A stretch of DNA of 64,000 nucleotides, from NCBI RefSeq assembly GCF_036507355.1, contig NZ_AP027877.1. One strand, 5' to 3'. This document shows, piece by piece, positions 53,592 through 63,707 of this stretch. The position numbers were made by a program, and so were the translations under genes. The notes under the pieces are model-generated. The model was not told the DNA's origin, made no database searches, and was given only the letters and a program-made list of their open reading frames with translations. Origin of the DNA: Escherichia coli (GTDB taxonomy: Bacteria; Pseudomonadota; Gammaproteobacteria; Enterobacterales; Enterobacteriaceae). How positions within the stretch are numbered: the stretch's first letter is position 1; every line of letters starts with the position of its first letter.

Positions 53592-55763
53592 ATGAGTCAA
53601 ACCATAACCCAGGGCCGTTTACGCATTGACGCCAATTTTAAACGTTTTGTGGATGAAGAAGTTTTGCCGGGAACAGGGCTGGACGCTGCGGCGTTCTGGC
53701 GCAATTTTGATGAGATCGTTCACGATCTGGCGCCAGAAAATCGTCAATTACTGGCAGAACGCGATCGCATTCAGGCGGCGCTGGACGATTGGCATCGCAG
53801 CAATCCGGGTCCGGTAAAAGACAAAGCGGCCTATAAATCTTTCCTGCGTGAACTGGGCTACCTGGTGCCGCAACCGGAGCGCGTGACGGTGGAAACCACG
53901 GGCATTGACAGCGAAATCACCAGTCAGGCGGGGCCACAGCTGGTGGTTCCGGCAATGAACGCCCGCTACGCGCTGAACGCGGCGAACGCTCGCTGGGGCT
54001 CACTGTACGATGCGTTATACGGCAGCGACATCATTCCGCAGGAAGGGGCGATGGTCAGCGGCTACGATCCGCAGCGCGGTGAGCAGGTTATCGCCTGGGT
54101 TCGGCGTTTCCTCGATGAATCACTACCGCTGGAAAACGGCAGCTATCAGGATGTGGTGGCGTTTAAGGTAGTTGATAAACAATTACGCATCCAGTTGAAA
54201 AATGGTAAAGAAACCACGTTACGTACCCCGGCGCAGTTTGTCGGTTACCGTGGCAATGCCGCTGCGCCGTCCTGCATTTTGCTGAAAAATAACGGCCTGC
54301 ATATTGAGCTGCAAATCGATGCCAACGGGCGGATTGGCAAAGACGATCCGGCGCACATCAACGATGTTATCGTCGAAGCGGCCATCAGTACCATTCTCGA
54401 CTGCGAAGATTCGGTCGCGGCGGTTGATGCGGAAGATAAAATCCTGCTGTACCGCAATCTGCTGGGCCTGATGCAGGGGACTCTGCAAGAGAAAATGGAG
54501 AAAAACGGTCGACAAATCGTGCGTAAACTGAATGACGATCGTCATTACACCGCCGCCGATGGCTCTGAAATTTCTCTGCACGGACGCTCGCTGCTGTTTA
54601 TCCGCAACGTGGGTCATTTGATGACCATTCCTGTGATTTGGGACAGCGAAGGCAATGAAATCCCGGAAGGCATTCTTGATGGCGTCATGACTGGCGCGAT
54701 TGCCCTCTATGATTTAAAAGTGCAGAAAAACTCGCGCACTGGCAGCGTCTATATTGTGAAACCGAAAATGCACGGTCCGCAGGAAGTGGCGTTCGCCAAC
54801 AAACTGTTTACCCGCATTGAGACAATGCTCGGTATGGCACCGAATACCCTGAAAATGGGCATTATGGATGAAGAACGTCGGACCTCGCTGAACTTGCGTA
54901 GCTGTATCGCTCAGGCGCGCAACCGCGTGGCGTTCATCAATACAGGTTTCCTCGACCGTACCGGCGATGAAATGCATTCGGTGATGGAAGCTGGCCCGAT
55001 GCTGCGTAAAAAACAGATGAAATCGACGCCGTGGATCAAAGCCTACGAGCGCAATAACGTGCTTTCCGGTCTGTTCTGTGGGCTGCGCGGTAAAGCGCAA
55101 ATCGGCAAAGGCATGTGGGCAATGCCGGATCTGATGGCGGACATGTACAGCCAGAAGGGCGATCAGTTGCGTGCCGGGGCGAACACGGCCTGGGTTCCGT
55201 CACCAACCGCCGCCACGCTGCATGCGCTGCATTACCACCAAACCAACGTACAGAGCGTGCAAGCTAACATTGCTCAGACCGAGTTCAATGCTGAATTTGA
55301 ACCGCTGCTGGACGATCTGCTGACCATTCCGGTTGCTGAAAACGCTAACTGGTCGGCGCAAGAGATCCAACAAGAGCTGGATAACAACGTGCAGGGGATT
55401 CTGGGTTACGTAGTGCGTTGGGTAGAGCAGGGGATTGGTTGTTCAAAAGTGCCGGACATTCACAACGTGGCGCTGATGGAAGACCGCGCAACGCTGCGCA
55501 TCTCCAGCCAGCATATCGCCAACTGGTTACGCCACGGCATTCTGACCAAAGAACAGGTGCAGGCATCGCTGGAGAACATGGCGAAAGTGGTTGATCAGCA
55601 AAACGCTGGCGATCCGGCTTATCGTCCAATGGTGGGGAATTTCGCTAACTCGTGTGCCTTTAAAGCTGCCAGTGATTTAATCTTCCTCGGTGTGAAACAG
55701 CCAAACGGCTATACCGAACCGTTATTACACGCCTGGCGTTTACGCGAAAAAGAAAGTCATTAA
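53592..55763 (+). CDS. glcB: Malate synthase G
   Basis: 723-aa [34 protein letters not shown]...; recognised as GlcB. Confidence 0.97.
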   Translation: MSQTITQGRLRIDANFKRFVDEEVLPGTGLDAAAFWRNFDEIVHDLAPENRQLLAERDRIQAALDDWHRSNPGPVKDKAAYKSFLRELGYLVPQPERVTVETTGIDSEITSQAGPQLVVPAMNARYALNAANARWGSLYDALYGSDIIPQEGAMVSGYDPQRGEQVIAWVRRFLDESLPLENGSYQDVVAFKVVDKQLRIQLKNGKETTLRTPAQFVGYRGNAAAPSCILLKNNGLHIELQIDANGRIGKDDPAHINDVIVEAAISTILDCEDSVAAVDAEDKILLYRNLLGLMQGTLQEKMEKNGRQIVRKLNDDRHYTAADGSEISLHGRSLLFIRNVGHLMTIPVIWDSEGNEIPEGILDGVMTGAIALYDLKVQKNSRTGSVYIVKPKMHGPQEVAFANKLFTRIETMLGMAPNTLKMGIMDEERRTSLNLRSCIAQARNRVAFINTGFLDRTGDEMHSVMEAGPMLRKKQMKSTPWIKAYERNNVLSGLFCGLRGKAQIGKGMWAMPDLMADMYSQKGDQLRAGANTAWVPSPTAATLHALHYHQTNVQSVQANIAQTEFNAEFEPLLDDLLTIPVAENANWSAQEIQQELDNNVQGILGYVVRWVEQGIGCSKVPDIHNVALMEDRATLRISSQHIANWLRHGILTKEQVQASLENMAKVVDQQNAGDPAYRPMVGNFANSCAFKAASDLIFLGVKQPNGYTEPLLHAWRLREKESH

Positions 55764-56118
55764 TAGCGTCAAAAAAAGCCCCGGCAAGTTTTATTGTCGG
55801 GGCTATTATAGTAACTGCGGTAGTACATTTATCCCGGAAATAACCGGAGCGATTATCAGGGTTTAACAATATTAAATACCCGTAGCGCATCACTAGCGGG
55901 ATTAAAACAATAATATGGACATCTTAACGATACTCTGCGCCTGCGTGTGCGGAACAGAAACCCTTACCCGATATACTTGTTATGCCAAAGGTAGCAATTG
56001 CGTTAGCAGCGTACTGTTGCTGTAAAGTATAACGCCTATATTTTACAGTTCAGTCCTCTTTTGCTTATTACAACCTTAATCATATCAAGCATATAAAGAT
56101 AATAAGAGACTGAACAAT

Positions 56119-57801
56119 ATGGTTACCTGGACCCAAATGTATATGCCGATGGGAGGACTGGGGCTATCCGCTCTGGTTGCCCTGATCCCAATAATATTCT
56201 TCTTCGTTGCACTTGCGGTATTACGTCTGAAAGGACATGTCGCCGGAGCGATAACCCTTATATTATCTATCCTGATTGCGATATTCGCCTTTAAAATGCC
56301 GATTGATATGGCATTTGCTGCTGCGGGCTATGGCTTTATTTATGGTTTATGGCCAATTGCGTGGATTATTGTCGCGGCGGTGTTCCTGTATAAATTAACC
56401 GTTGCCAGCGGACAGTTCGATATTATCCGCAGCTCGGTTATCTCCATCACCGACGATCAGCGTTTGCAGGTGTTACTGATTGGTTTCTCCTTTGGTGCGT
56501 TGCTGGAAGGAGCGGCTGGCTTTGGTGCGCCGGTGGCGATTACCGGTGCGCTGCTGGTGGGCCTGGGCTTCAAACCGTTATACGCGGCGGGGCTGTGTCT
56601 GATTGCCAATACTGCGCCGGTGGCGTTTGGTGCGTTGGGCGTGCCGATTCTGGTCGCCGGTCAGGTAACGGGAATCGATCCGTTCCACATTGGCGCAATG
56701 GCGGGACGTCAGTTACCGTTCCTGTCGGTTCTTGTGCCGTTCTGGCTGGTAGCAATGATGGACGGCTGGAAAGGGGTGAAAGAGACGTGGCCAGCGGCGC
56801 TGGTTGCTGGGGGAAGCTTCGCTGTCACTCAGTTCTTTACCTCTAATTATATTGGTCCGGAACTGCCGGATATTACTTCGGCGCTGGTGAGTATCGTCTC
56901 ACTCGCTTTATTCCTTAAAGTCTGGCGGCCGAAAAATACCGAAACGGCAATCAGCATGGGACAATCCGCAGGTGCGATGGTGGTAAATAAGCCATCTTCT
57001 GGCGGTCCCGTACCTTCAGAATATAGTCTGGGGCAAATCATTCGAGCGTGGTCACCGTTTTTAATCTTAACGGTGCTGGTCACCATCTGGACCATGAAGC
57101 CGTTTAAAGCGTTATTTGCTCCGGGCGGCGTGTTTTATTCACTGGTGATTAATTTCCAGATCCCTCATTTGCATCAACAAGTGTTGAAAGCGGCACCCAT
57201 TGTCGCCCAACCAACGCCAATGGATGCGGTGTTTAAATTCGACCCCCTCTCGGCTGGCGGCACCGCTATTTTTATTGCGGCGATTATCTCTATCTTCATC
57301 CTCGGCGTGGGCATCAAGAAAGGGATTGGCGTCTTTGCCGAAACGCTAATTAGTCTGAAGTGGCCGATATTGTCGATTGGCATGGTGCTGGCGTTCGCCT
57401 TCGTCACCAACTATTCCGGCATGTCCACCACGCTGGCGCTGGTACTGGCAGGTACAGGCGTGATGTTCCCGTTCTTCTCACCGTTCCTCGGTTGGCTGGG
57501 GGTATTCCTTACCGGCTCGGACACTTCTTCAAACGCCCTGTTTGGTTCACTGCAATCGACCACGGCGCAGCAAATCAACGTCTCTGACACTCTGCTGGTG
57601 GCAGCAAATACCAGCGGCGGCGTAACTGGCAAGATGATCTCCCCGCAATCTATCGCCGTGGCCTGCGCCGCGACGGGCATGGTGGGCCGAGAATCTGAAC
57701 TGTTCCGCTACACCGTGAAGCACAGTCTGATTTTTGCCAGCGTTATCGGCATTATCACGCTGCTGCAGGCGTATGTGTTTACTGGAATGTTAGTCTCGTA
57801 A
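56119..57801 (+). CDS. glcA: Glycolate/lactate permease (LctP family)
   Basis: 560-aa polytopic [37 protein letters not shown]...; recognised as GlcA. Confidence 0.95.
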   Translation: MVTWTQMYMPMGGLGLSALVALIPIIFFFVALAVLRLKGHVAGAITLILSILIAIFAFKMPIDMAFAAAGYGFIYGLWPIAWIIVAAVFLYKLTVASGQFDIIRSSVISITDDQRLQVLLIGFSFGALLEGAAGFGAPVAITGALLVGLGFKPLYAAGLCLIANTAPVAFGALGVPILVAGQVTGIDPFHIGAMAGRQLPFLSVLVPFWLVAMMDGWKGVKETWPAALVAGGSFAVTQFFTSNYIGPELPDITSALVSIVSLALFLKVWRPKNTETAISMGQSAGAMVVNKPSSGGPVPSEYSLGQIIRAWSPFLILTVLVTIWTMKPFKALFAPGGVFYSLVINFQIPHLHQQVLKAAPIVAQPTPMDAVFKFDPLSAGGTAIFIAAIISIFILGVGIKKGIGVFAETLISLKWPILSIGMVLAFAFVTNYSGMSTTLALVLAGTGVMFPFFSPFLGWLGVFLTGSDTSSNALFGSLQSTTAQQINVSDTLLVAANTSGGVTGKMISPQSIAVACAATGMVGRESELFRYTVKHSLIFASVIGIITLLQAYVFTGMLVS

Positions 57802-57810
57802 GTCAATAAT

Positions 57811-57850
57811 GCCGGATGAAGGTAAATATCATCCGGCTTTCCATTTGTTT
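57811..57850 (+). terminator. Rho-independent terminator after glcA
   Basis: Hairpin GCCGGATGA-AGGTAAATA-TCATCCGGC followed by TTTCCATTTGTTTG. Confidence 0.6.
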
Positions 57851-58170
57851 GTCGTTTATCTCGCCAGGGAACCGTTTTTACGATTGGCTTCTTAATACAT
57901 AGTCTCCGTTTTACAATGCAAATTGTTTAATATTTATACGTCTGAGCTTCTGTGCTGGTTATAAAGCACCCACTTTCATGAGATCAATTTTAGTATGTTA
58001 TTACATTGCTACGTCTGTTCTTTTCATGACGAATGGCGTTTTTTCTCTTGTTTGTATTTTTCACGAGAGCAATGAGCAGATCAAAATTCCCAAAAACATA
58101 AGATTATTCGCAATGAATCGCCACGGGTTTAACAGACACCTCAGAGTCATTTAAGATGGCTTAAAGAGAG

Positions 58171-58455
58171 GTGCCCATGAGCGGTAAGCGTTATCCCGAA
58201 GAGTTTAAAATTGAAGCAGTCAAACAGGTTGTTGATCGCGGTTATTCTGTTGCCAGCGTTGCAACACGTCTCGATATCACCACCCACAGCCTTTACGCCT
58301 GGATAAAGAAGTACGGTCCGGATTCTTCCGCTAATAAAGAACAGTCAGATGCTCAGGCCGAGATCCGCCGTCTCCAGAAAGAGCTGAAGCGGGTTACCGA
58401 CGAACGGGACATATTAAAAAAAGCCGCGGCGTACTTCGCAAAGCTGTCCGACTGA
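58171..58455 (+). CDS. IS3-family transposase OrfA (HTH domain)
   Basis: 94-aa ORF MPMSGKRYPEEFKIEAVKQVVDRGYSVASVATRLDITTHSLYAWIKKYG... with leucine-zipper-like C-terminus typical of IS3 OrfA. Confidence 0.9.
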   Translation: MPMSGKRYPEEFKIEAVKQVVDRGYSVASVATRLDITTHSLYAWIKKYGPDSSANKEQSDAQAEIRRLQKELKRVTDERDILKKAAAYFAKLSD

Positions 58456-59324
58456 GGTACGCCTTTATCCGTGACAACACCTGTTGCTGGCCTGTTCGCC
58501 TGCTCTGTCGGGTGCTGGATGTTCATCCCAGTGGTTTTTACGCCTGGCTTCAGCAGCCGCATTCACAACGCCATCAGGCAGACCTGAGGCTGACAGGGCA
58601 GATTAAACAGTTCTGGCTGGAATCGGGATGCGTCTATGGTTATCGCAAAATCCATCTGGATCTGCGGGACAGCGGGCAACAGTGCGGAGTGAACAGAGTC
58701 TGGCGACTGATGAAACGTGTCGGGATAAAGGCTCAGGTCGGATACCGGAGCCCGCGGGCACGTAAAGGCGAGGCCAGTATCGTGTCGCCCAACAGGCTCC
58801 AGCGACAGTTCAATCCGGATGCTCCGGATAAGCGTTGGGTAACGGACATAACCTACATCAGGACCCACGAAGGCTGGCTGTATCTTGCCGTGGTTGTTGA
58901 TCTGTTCTCACGCAAAATTATCGGCTGGTCCATGCAATCCCGGATGACAAAGGACATTGTCCTGAACGCACTGCTGATGGCTGTATGGCGCCGTAATCCC
59001 CAAAAACAGGTGCTGGTTCATTCGGATCAGGGCAGTCAGTACACAAGCCATGAGTGGCAGTCGTTCCTGAAATCACACGGCCTGGAGGGCAGCATGAGCC
59101 GTCGCGGTAACTGCCATGATAATGCGGTTGCAGAAAGCTTTTTCCAGTTGTTGAAACGCGAACGGATAAAGAAAAAGATCTACGGAACGCGGGAAGAAGC
59201 CCGCAGCGATATTTTTGATTACATCGAAATGTTTTATAACAGTAAGCGTCGGCATGGTTCCAGCGATCAGATGTCACCGACAGAATATGAAAACCAGTAT
59301 TATCAACGGCTCGGAAGTGTCTAG
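58416..59324 (+). CDS. IS3-family transposase OrfB (DDE integrase core), expressed as OrfAB fusion by -1 frameshift
   Basis: -1 frame is open from the slippery site; contains WVTDITYIRTHEGWLYLAVVVDLFSRKIIGWSM, HSDQGSQYTS and CHDNAVAESFF DDE-core motifs; the first in-frame ATG is at 58512. Confidence 0.85.
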   Translation, partial: KKSRGVLRKAVRLRYAFIRDNTCCWPVRLLCRVLDVHPSGFYAWLQQPHSQRHQADLRLTGQIKQFWLESGCVYGYRKIHLDLRDSGQQCGVNRVWRLMKRVGIKAQVGYRSPRARKGEASIVSPNRLQRQFNPDAPDKRWVTDITYIRTHEGWLYLAVVVDLFSRKIIGWSMQSRMTKDIVLNALLMAVWRRNPQKQVLVHSDQGSQYTSHEWQSFLKSHGLEGSMSRRGNCHDNAVAESFFQLLKRERIKKKIYGTREEARSDIFDYIEMFYNSKRRHGSSDQMSPTEYENQYYQRLGSV

Positions 59325-59339
59325 ATTACCCGTGGCGAT

Positions 59340-59555
59340 TCAGTCATCAGTAATTACGCTGTCATCCAGTTTCGCATAACAGATACTGTCATCACCGGCT
59401 TCAATATAGCTGGAAAAATTCTCACTGATGAAGCGGTAGAAAAGGGCACCGAGTACATACTGTTTAAAATCCCATCCATCTACGGAGCCTCTGACATCAT
59501 TGGCAATGGCCCAGATTTGGCGGTGTAGCTCTGCACGCTGCTGAAGGCTTGTCAT
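59340..59555 (-). pseudogene. hsdM: Truncated type I restriction-modification methyltransferase (hsdM) N-terminal remnant
   Basis: 71-codon ORF MTSLQQRAELHRQIWAIANDVRGSVDGWDFKQYVLGALFYRFISENFSSYIEAGDDSI... matches the N-terminus of type IC HsdM (EcoR124-like) as I recall it, then runs directly into the IS right end. Confidence 0.7.
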
Positions 59556-59758
59556 TTTGTATCCTGTTGTATGATTCTTAAGTACTGTTATTGGCCCGAT
59601 TTTATCGTAATTTCATATTGATGACAGGCTTTGTATGTCATACGTTGCACTGAGAGTTCGTTTGCCCGGTTGTGTAGGCAGCGCTCTTTCAGCCAGGTCA
59701 GTAGAAACGTTGCGCTGACGATAAATACTGAAGCCCCAATACCATCGGGGCTGAACGT

Positions 59759-61636
59759 TCAGTCGGTGAGAATTTCTTCATCCGTATCCATTGTGGATGG
59801 TGATGAATCTATTTTTGTTGTAAGAAATACCCGATTCAGTAGTCTTTGCTTCAGGGCGTTTCTTCGCTCATTGTAGAACTCCGGGAAGCGACTGAACTCA
59901 ATATTTTCATCTGAAACTAACAGCATTGATGGCGAATAGTTGTTTGATGGCTGAGATAGCCATTGTTTCAGGGAAGTATCCTGTTTACTTATATTCTGAG
60001 AGTGATTCAGTAAATGAAGATTAGGTATGGTGTCCCAGTGCTCCGGATTTTCATAAAAGCTGAGGTTCTCTGGTGTATTCGCAACATAATCTAATTTTTC
60101 AAGATATTTCTTTGAAAAATGATTTCTTGGGTGAAGGTGATCAATATGAAACACCTCGGTCGGATTCATTTCAGGGAACAGAAGATGCAATAGTGCGCGG
60201 CAACGACCTTCGCCATATCTGATATTGAGAAGGCTTTCGATGTATTCGTCGTCAAATCTGAGGTCTTTATTCGAGCCTTTATATCTGTCAATAATCTTCT
60301 CAAGAGGAAAGTGAATATCTGAAAGACTATTTTTCATTACATCTCTGATACTCGTGAGTAGCGCATCTGCCTGGCTTCCAAAGATCCCTTTCAGAAGTAC
60401 CATGTAAAACCACTGGCTAATTACTGAGCGTTCATTGTGGTTTTTATTCAGGAGATTAATCGTTGTATATAATGGATGTCCACTGGTTTGCTTTTTGTAA
60501 AGCCAGTAGACCACAGGAATGACTGCATTTTTAGATATCAAAGACTGTGGATTGATGCCGAATCGCCTGATAAGAATAAAGGTCTCCTTGATACAGGATT
60601 TTATTTCAGACCATTGTTGTTGTATCTTACCGACCTCCTCTGAAGTGAAGTTTTTTACTTTGAACCGGACGTCAGAGTCAATAAGCATCAGGCTGGTTTT
60701 TAAGAACCAGTCTCTTTCAATATAAAAACCCATTTCATTATTCTGATAAATGTTTTTTGTCAGTTCATCCAGTTCTTTTCTGAAATCACCCTGCCAGTGC
60801 GCTACCGCTATTGACATCAGTAAGTCTGAAAACTCAAGTTTTGTCCCCCCGCTGTTCGTGCGGATGAAAACATCCAGCACATGATCAATGTCCTGACTGC
60901 TCTCATTGAAGTAGTGGATAAGATTCTCAGTTCTTATCTTGGTATAAAGTTTAAGCAGAGTTTTTCTGGAAAATTCACTGGAAATGAGATCTCTTTTTTC
61001 AAGTTCTGGTACGACAACGTTAAATAAAATATCATCAGGCGAATCATGTTGCTCGTATTTGAATATTTCGTGCAGGCAGAACCAGTGATGTTTGTTATCG
61101 GCAAGTGAATCAGTATATTGCTTCTCGGTCAGGAACCTGAAGTTATACTTCATCATGAGCTCATCGTCTGACTTAAGTGGCGCGGTTAAATCGACGTAAA
61201 GCTTTCTGGGTGGCAGGATGCGATCATCCTGTGCCGAAGGCCACCACATCCGGGGCTGTTTATACGCATACGTTCCACACAATCCAATATATAATGATGT
61301 GAGACGCTGCTGACCATCAATCACGGCCTTGAAATCATGAAACCCAGCATTTGTTGCTACGCAGGGGTTTTCTTCATTAAATCGCTGACAGTATTCTTTC
61401 AGGAACTCATAGAATTTGTAATCATTTTTAATACTGGCACTACGGATATCCCACATCATGAAAGAGTTTATCGGGTAGTCTCGCATGATGGAATCAAACA
61501 GCAAACATATCTGACTGCTGCTCCAGACGAACTTCCTCTGAATTGCAGGCAGAAGATAGTGGCGTAAATTAATTGAATCTATCGCTTGTTTTATCGTTAT
61601 TGCTTTTTCATACTGGCCAGCCATCATAAACCTCAT
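59759..61636 (-). CDS. DUF262/DUF1524 (GmrSD-like) putative type IV restriction / defence nuclease
   Basis: 625-aa ORF; N-terminal DUF262 signatures (LPAIQRKFVW, LFDSIMRDYPINSF, VIDGQQRLTSLYIGL); C-terminal His-Me/HNH-like DUF1524 region (HIDHLHPRNHF ... NLHLLNHSQN). Confidence 0.8.
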   Translation of the reverse strand: MRFMMAGQYEKAITIKQAIDSINLRHYLLPAIQRKFVWSSSQICLLFDSIMRDYPINSFMMWDIRSASIKNDYKFYEFLKEYCQRFNEENPCVATNAGFHDFKAVIDGQQRLTSLYIGLCGTYAYKQPRMWWPSAQDDRILPPRKLYVDLTAPLKSDDELMMKYNFRFLTEKQYTDSLADNKHHWFCLHEIFKYEQHDSPDDILFNVVVPELEKRDLISSEFSRKTLLKLYTKIRTENLIHYFNESSQDIDHVLDVFIRTNSGGTKLEFSDLLMSIAVAHWQGDFRKELDELTKNIYQNNEMGFYIERDWFLKTSLMLIDSDVRFKVKNFTSEEVGKIQQQWSEIKSCIKETFILIRRFGINPQSLISKNAVIPVVYWLYKKQTSGHPLYTTINLLNKNHNERSVISQWFYMVLLKGIFGSQADALLTSIRDVMKNSLSDIHFPLEKIIDRYKGSNKDLRFDDEYIESLLNIRYGEGRCRALLHLLFPEMNPTEVFHIDHLHPRNHFSKKYLEKLDYVANTPENLSFYENPEHWDTIPNLHLLNHSQNISKQDTSLKQWLSQPSNNYSPSMLLVSDENIEFSRFPEFYNERRNALKQRLLNRVFLTTKIDSSPSTMDTDEEILTD

Positions 61637-61697
61637 ATGTTATATTAGCTGGCCTATTTTAATTTATTGCGTGTCGGTAGTACAGTCTTTGCACAAA

Positions 61698-62027
61698 CTA
61701 ATTTATGCAATGGAAAAGCTGACGGCTCGGTTTGTGTTTTTCATTCGGGTAGACTCGCATTGCGGATGCACAAAGTGATGAAACCTGTCTTGCTATATTT
61801 TTACCGAAGTTAACAAGTAGGCCGTGCTTTATTTTTTCACCCTCTGCCCTGATGCTGATGACAAAGCTGAACTGATATACGATTACCTCAATGAGGTCAT
61901 TGCCAAATGTTATGATGGCGGCGTTGTTTATTTCATATTCATAATCCCTCAGGTCAGTGTTAAGTCTTGCTGTTGCATTTACAAGTGCGTATTCTTTATC
62001 GATAATCATAACTTTCTCACTTATCAT
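61698..62027 (-). CDS. Hypothetical small protein (109 aa)
   Basis: ORF with ATG start between the WYL regulator and the DUF262/DUF1524 gene on the same strand; no recognisable motif. Confidence 0.45.
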   Translation of the reverse strand: MISEKVMIIDKEYALVNATARLNTDLRDYEYEINNAAIITFGNDLIEVIVYQFSFVISIRAEGEKIKHGLLVNFGKNIARQVSSLCASAMRVYPNEKHKPSRQLFHCIN

Positions 62028-62067
62028 GTTAATGTGATTTAATCATCACTAATAATATGTTGTGATT

Positions 62068-62781
62068 TTAATTACGATTATTCGTCTGTTTACTCCCGTA
62101 ATGCATTATCTGATGAATAATGTTCATGTGGGGTAAGGCTTCCATAAAGTCAGACTGTTCAATCAGCGAAATGAGTGTGTTATCGATCTCAAACGTTGTA
62201 TCCGGTAATACCTCAACCAGCCTGATTCGGGACAGGGAAATAACGAACACGCCCGATGACGTACATCCGGCAAGAAACCACTCCGCATGGCTGCAAAGCA
62301 GACGATAGGGATGAACGGTATGGCTGACGTTTTCGTCGGTTCTGATACGCACCTTGGTCTGGTTAAGTATGGCGAGCGTTAGTCTGCTGAAATCACCGAA
62401 CAGCGTGGGTTTCTGGCGCGGCTCCGGGAGCATAATCCGGTAGGGTGAAGGGTGCTCCCCGTCAAGCAGAAGGCTCAGCAGTTTGGCATCCATCGCGGGT
62501 AACAGACGGTCAAGATGCAGCAGTCTCGCCAGTATCTTCATATCTCGTTCCGTGCGGCGACGAAAGTAATGTGAGGCAAGCTGATACACGCCGTTGCTCT
62601 GTTCAATATCAAGGTAGGTCAGACGGACGTTGAAATCCCGCCGCAGCGTTCGCGTTGTCACTCCAAATTCTTCTGCCAGCGTCCCGATATGCAGCTTTTC
62701 ACCCTGAAACAAACGGCTCAGGATGATGGAAAGGCGGGTTGCCAGTCTGTCATGTTCGTTTTCTTGTGTTATCAGCGTCAT
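62068..62781 (-). CDS. WYL-domain transcriptional regulator (HTH + WYL), BrxR/CapW-like
   Basis: 237-aa ORF; N-terminal HTH (IGTLAEEFGVTTRTLRRDF); central W[YF]L-type region (HPYRLLCSHAEWFLAGCTSSGVFVISLSRIRLVEVL). Confidence 0.7.
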   Translation of the reverse strand: MTLITQENEHDRLATRLSIILSRLFQGEKLHIGTLAEEFGVTTRTLRRDFNVRLTYLDIEQSNGVYQLASHYFRRRTERDMKILARLLHLDRLLPAMDAKLLSLLLDGEHPSPYRIMLPEPRQKPTLFGDFSRLTLAILNQTKVRIRTDENVSHTVHPYRLLCSHAEWFLAGCTSSGVFVISLSRIRLVEVLPDTTFEIDNTLISLIEQSDFMEALPHMNIIHQIMHYGSKQTNNRN

Positions 62782-62883
62782 ACATCATTTCCGAATTTAG
62801 CCGGGAAATGATGCCAGCAGTAGCGGACAGGATTTGTCCACCCTCTGAAGTTTTTTAAAGTCTGAATACCTTAAATGTAAGTG

Positions 62884-63633
62884 CTAAACGTCAGTATTCT
62901 CAGGTGAATAAAGATGCTTCTGGCGCATGTAGGCAATAAAAATGCAGGATGGTAGCGTCACCCGGTATGCGGGACCGGCTAAATCAATCAGCAGCCAGAG
63001 AGAACTGAGCACCCAGCCCACAGGACCGGCAAAAGCGCCCATGGTACGCGTCAGCATGGCATTTCCTGCAACGGTCAGCCCTCTGCCTAACAGGGCTTTC
63101 GCCACACCATTTGTGACAACAAGTGCCATCTGATAGGCCGCAAACCCGGATGTTTTTATCCCCGCCTGGATTGCCATGGTCAGCAACTCCGGCGTGGGGT
63201 TGCTGTAGCCTGTCTGCAATTCTTCCGCCACGGTCTTTAACTGATCGGGCGTCATCTTCTCAAGGCTTTTCTCCAGGATCTTCATCAGCAGATTCATTTC
63301 AATGGTTTCAACACTGGATTTGTTGTTGTAGTTCACCTTCATTTTATCGCAGGCATCGGTGAGAATTTCCCGGTACGGCACCCCTTTACCCCAGCGGAGC
63401 AGCGTGGCAAAGCTGTTCGCCCCAAACGTCTGAACCTCGGCGGCAATGGCATCCCAGTAGCGCGGGTGGTTGGGCTTGTGTTTTTTATACTGAGGATCAT
63501 AGGTCAGCGTTTCCGTGATGCGTGCCAGTCCGTCTTTCGGATCGCAGATAAGCACAGAAACCAGTAAATCCAGATCGTCACGATGGCAGTGGCGCAGAAA
63601 CTCAAGGTCGGGGTCGTGTCGGTAGGTAGCCAT
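62884..63633 (-). CDS. Hypothetical protein, possibly YaaW-like (UPF0174/DUF3944)
   Basis: 249-aa ORF; acidic N-terminal DDLDLLVSVL region and glycine-rich hydrophobic C-terminus (GAFAGPVGWVLSSLWLLIDLAGPAY); family assignment from memory, low certainty. Confidence 0.4.
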   Translation of the reverse strand: MATYRHDPDLEFLRHCHRDDLDLLVSVLICDPKDGLARITETLTYDPQYKKHKPNHPRYWDAIAAEVQTFGANSFATLLRWGKGVPYREILTDACDKMKVNYNNKSSVETIEMNLLMKILEKSLEKMTPDQLKTVAEELQTGYSNPTPELLTMAIQAGIKTSGFAAYQMALVVTNGVAKALLGRGLTVAGNAMLTRTMGAFAGPVGWVLSSLWLLIDLAGPAYRVTLPSCIFIAYMRQKHLYSPENTDV

Positions 63634-63707
63634 ATTTCACCTCATTGCAGATATTGGACCTGACAGTTTAAGGAAGCCACCGGACAGGGCTTGTCCGCCT
63701 GAAAAAC

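Larger units (their letters stand above)
58114..59342 (+). mobile_element. IS3-family insertion sequence (about 1.23 kb) with orfA/orfB and a -1 frameshift site
   Basis: Perfect 15-bp terminal inverted repeats TGAATCGCCACGGGT (58114-58128) and ACCCGTGGCGATTCA (59328-59342); TG...CA termini; two overlapping transposase ORFs with an A7G slippery run at 58416-58423. Confidence 0.85.

Noticed and set aside
58114-59342. IS5 copy, as I recall at the K-12 yghO/yghQ junction
   Set aside because: This element has IS3-family hallmarks (orfA/orfB with -1 frameshift, TG...CA ends) and lies beyond glcA, not between yghO and yghQ.
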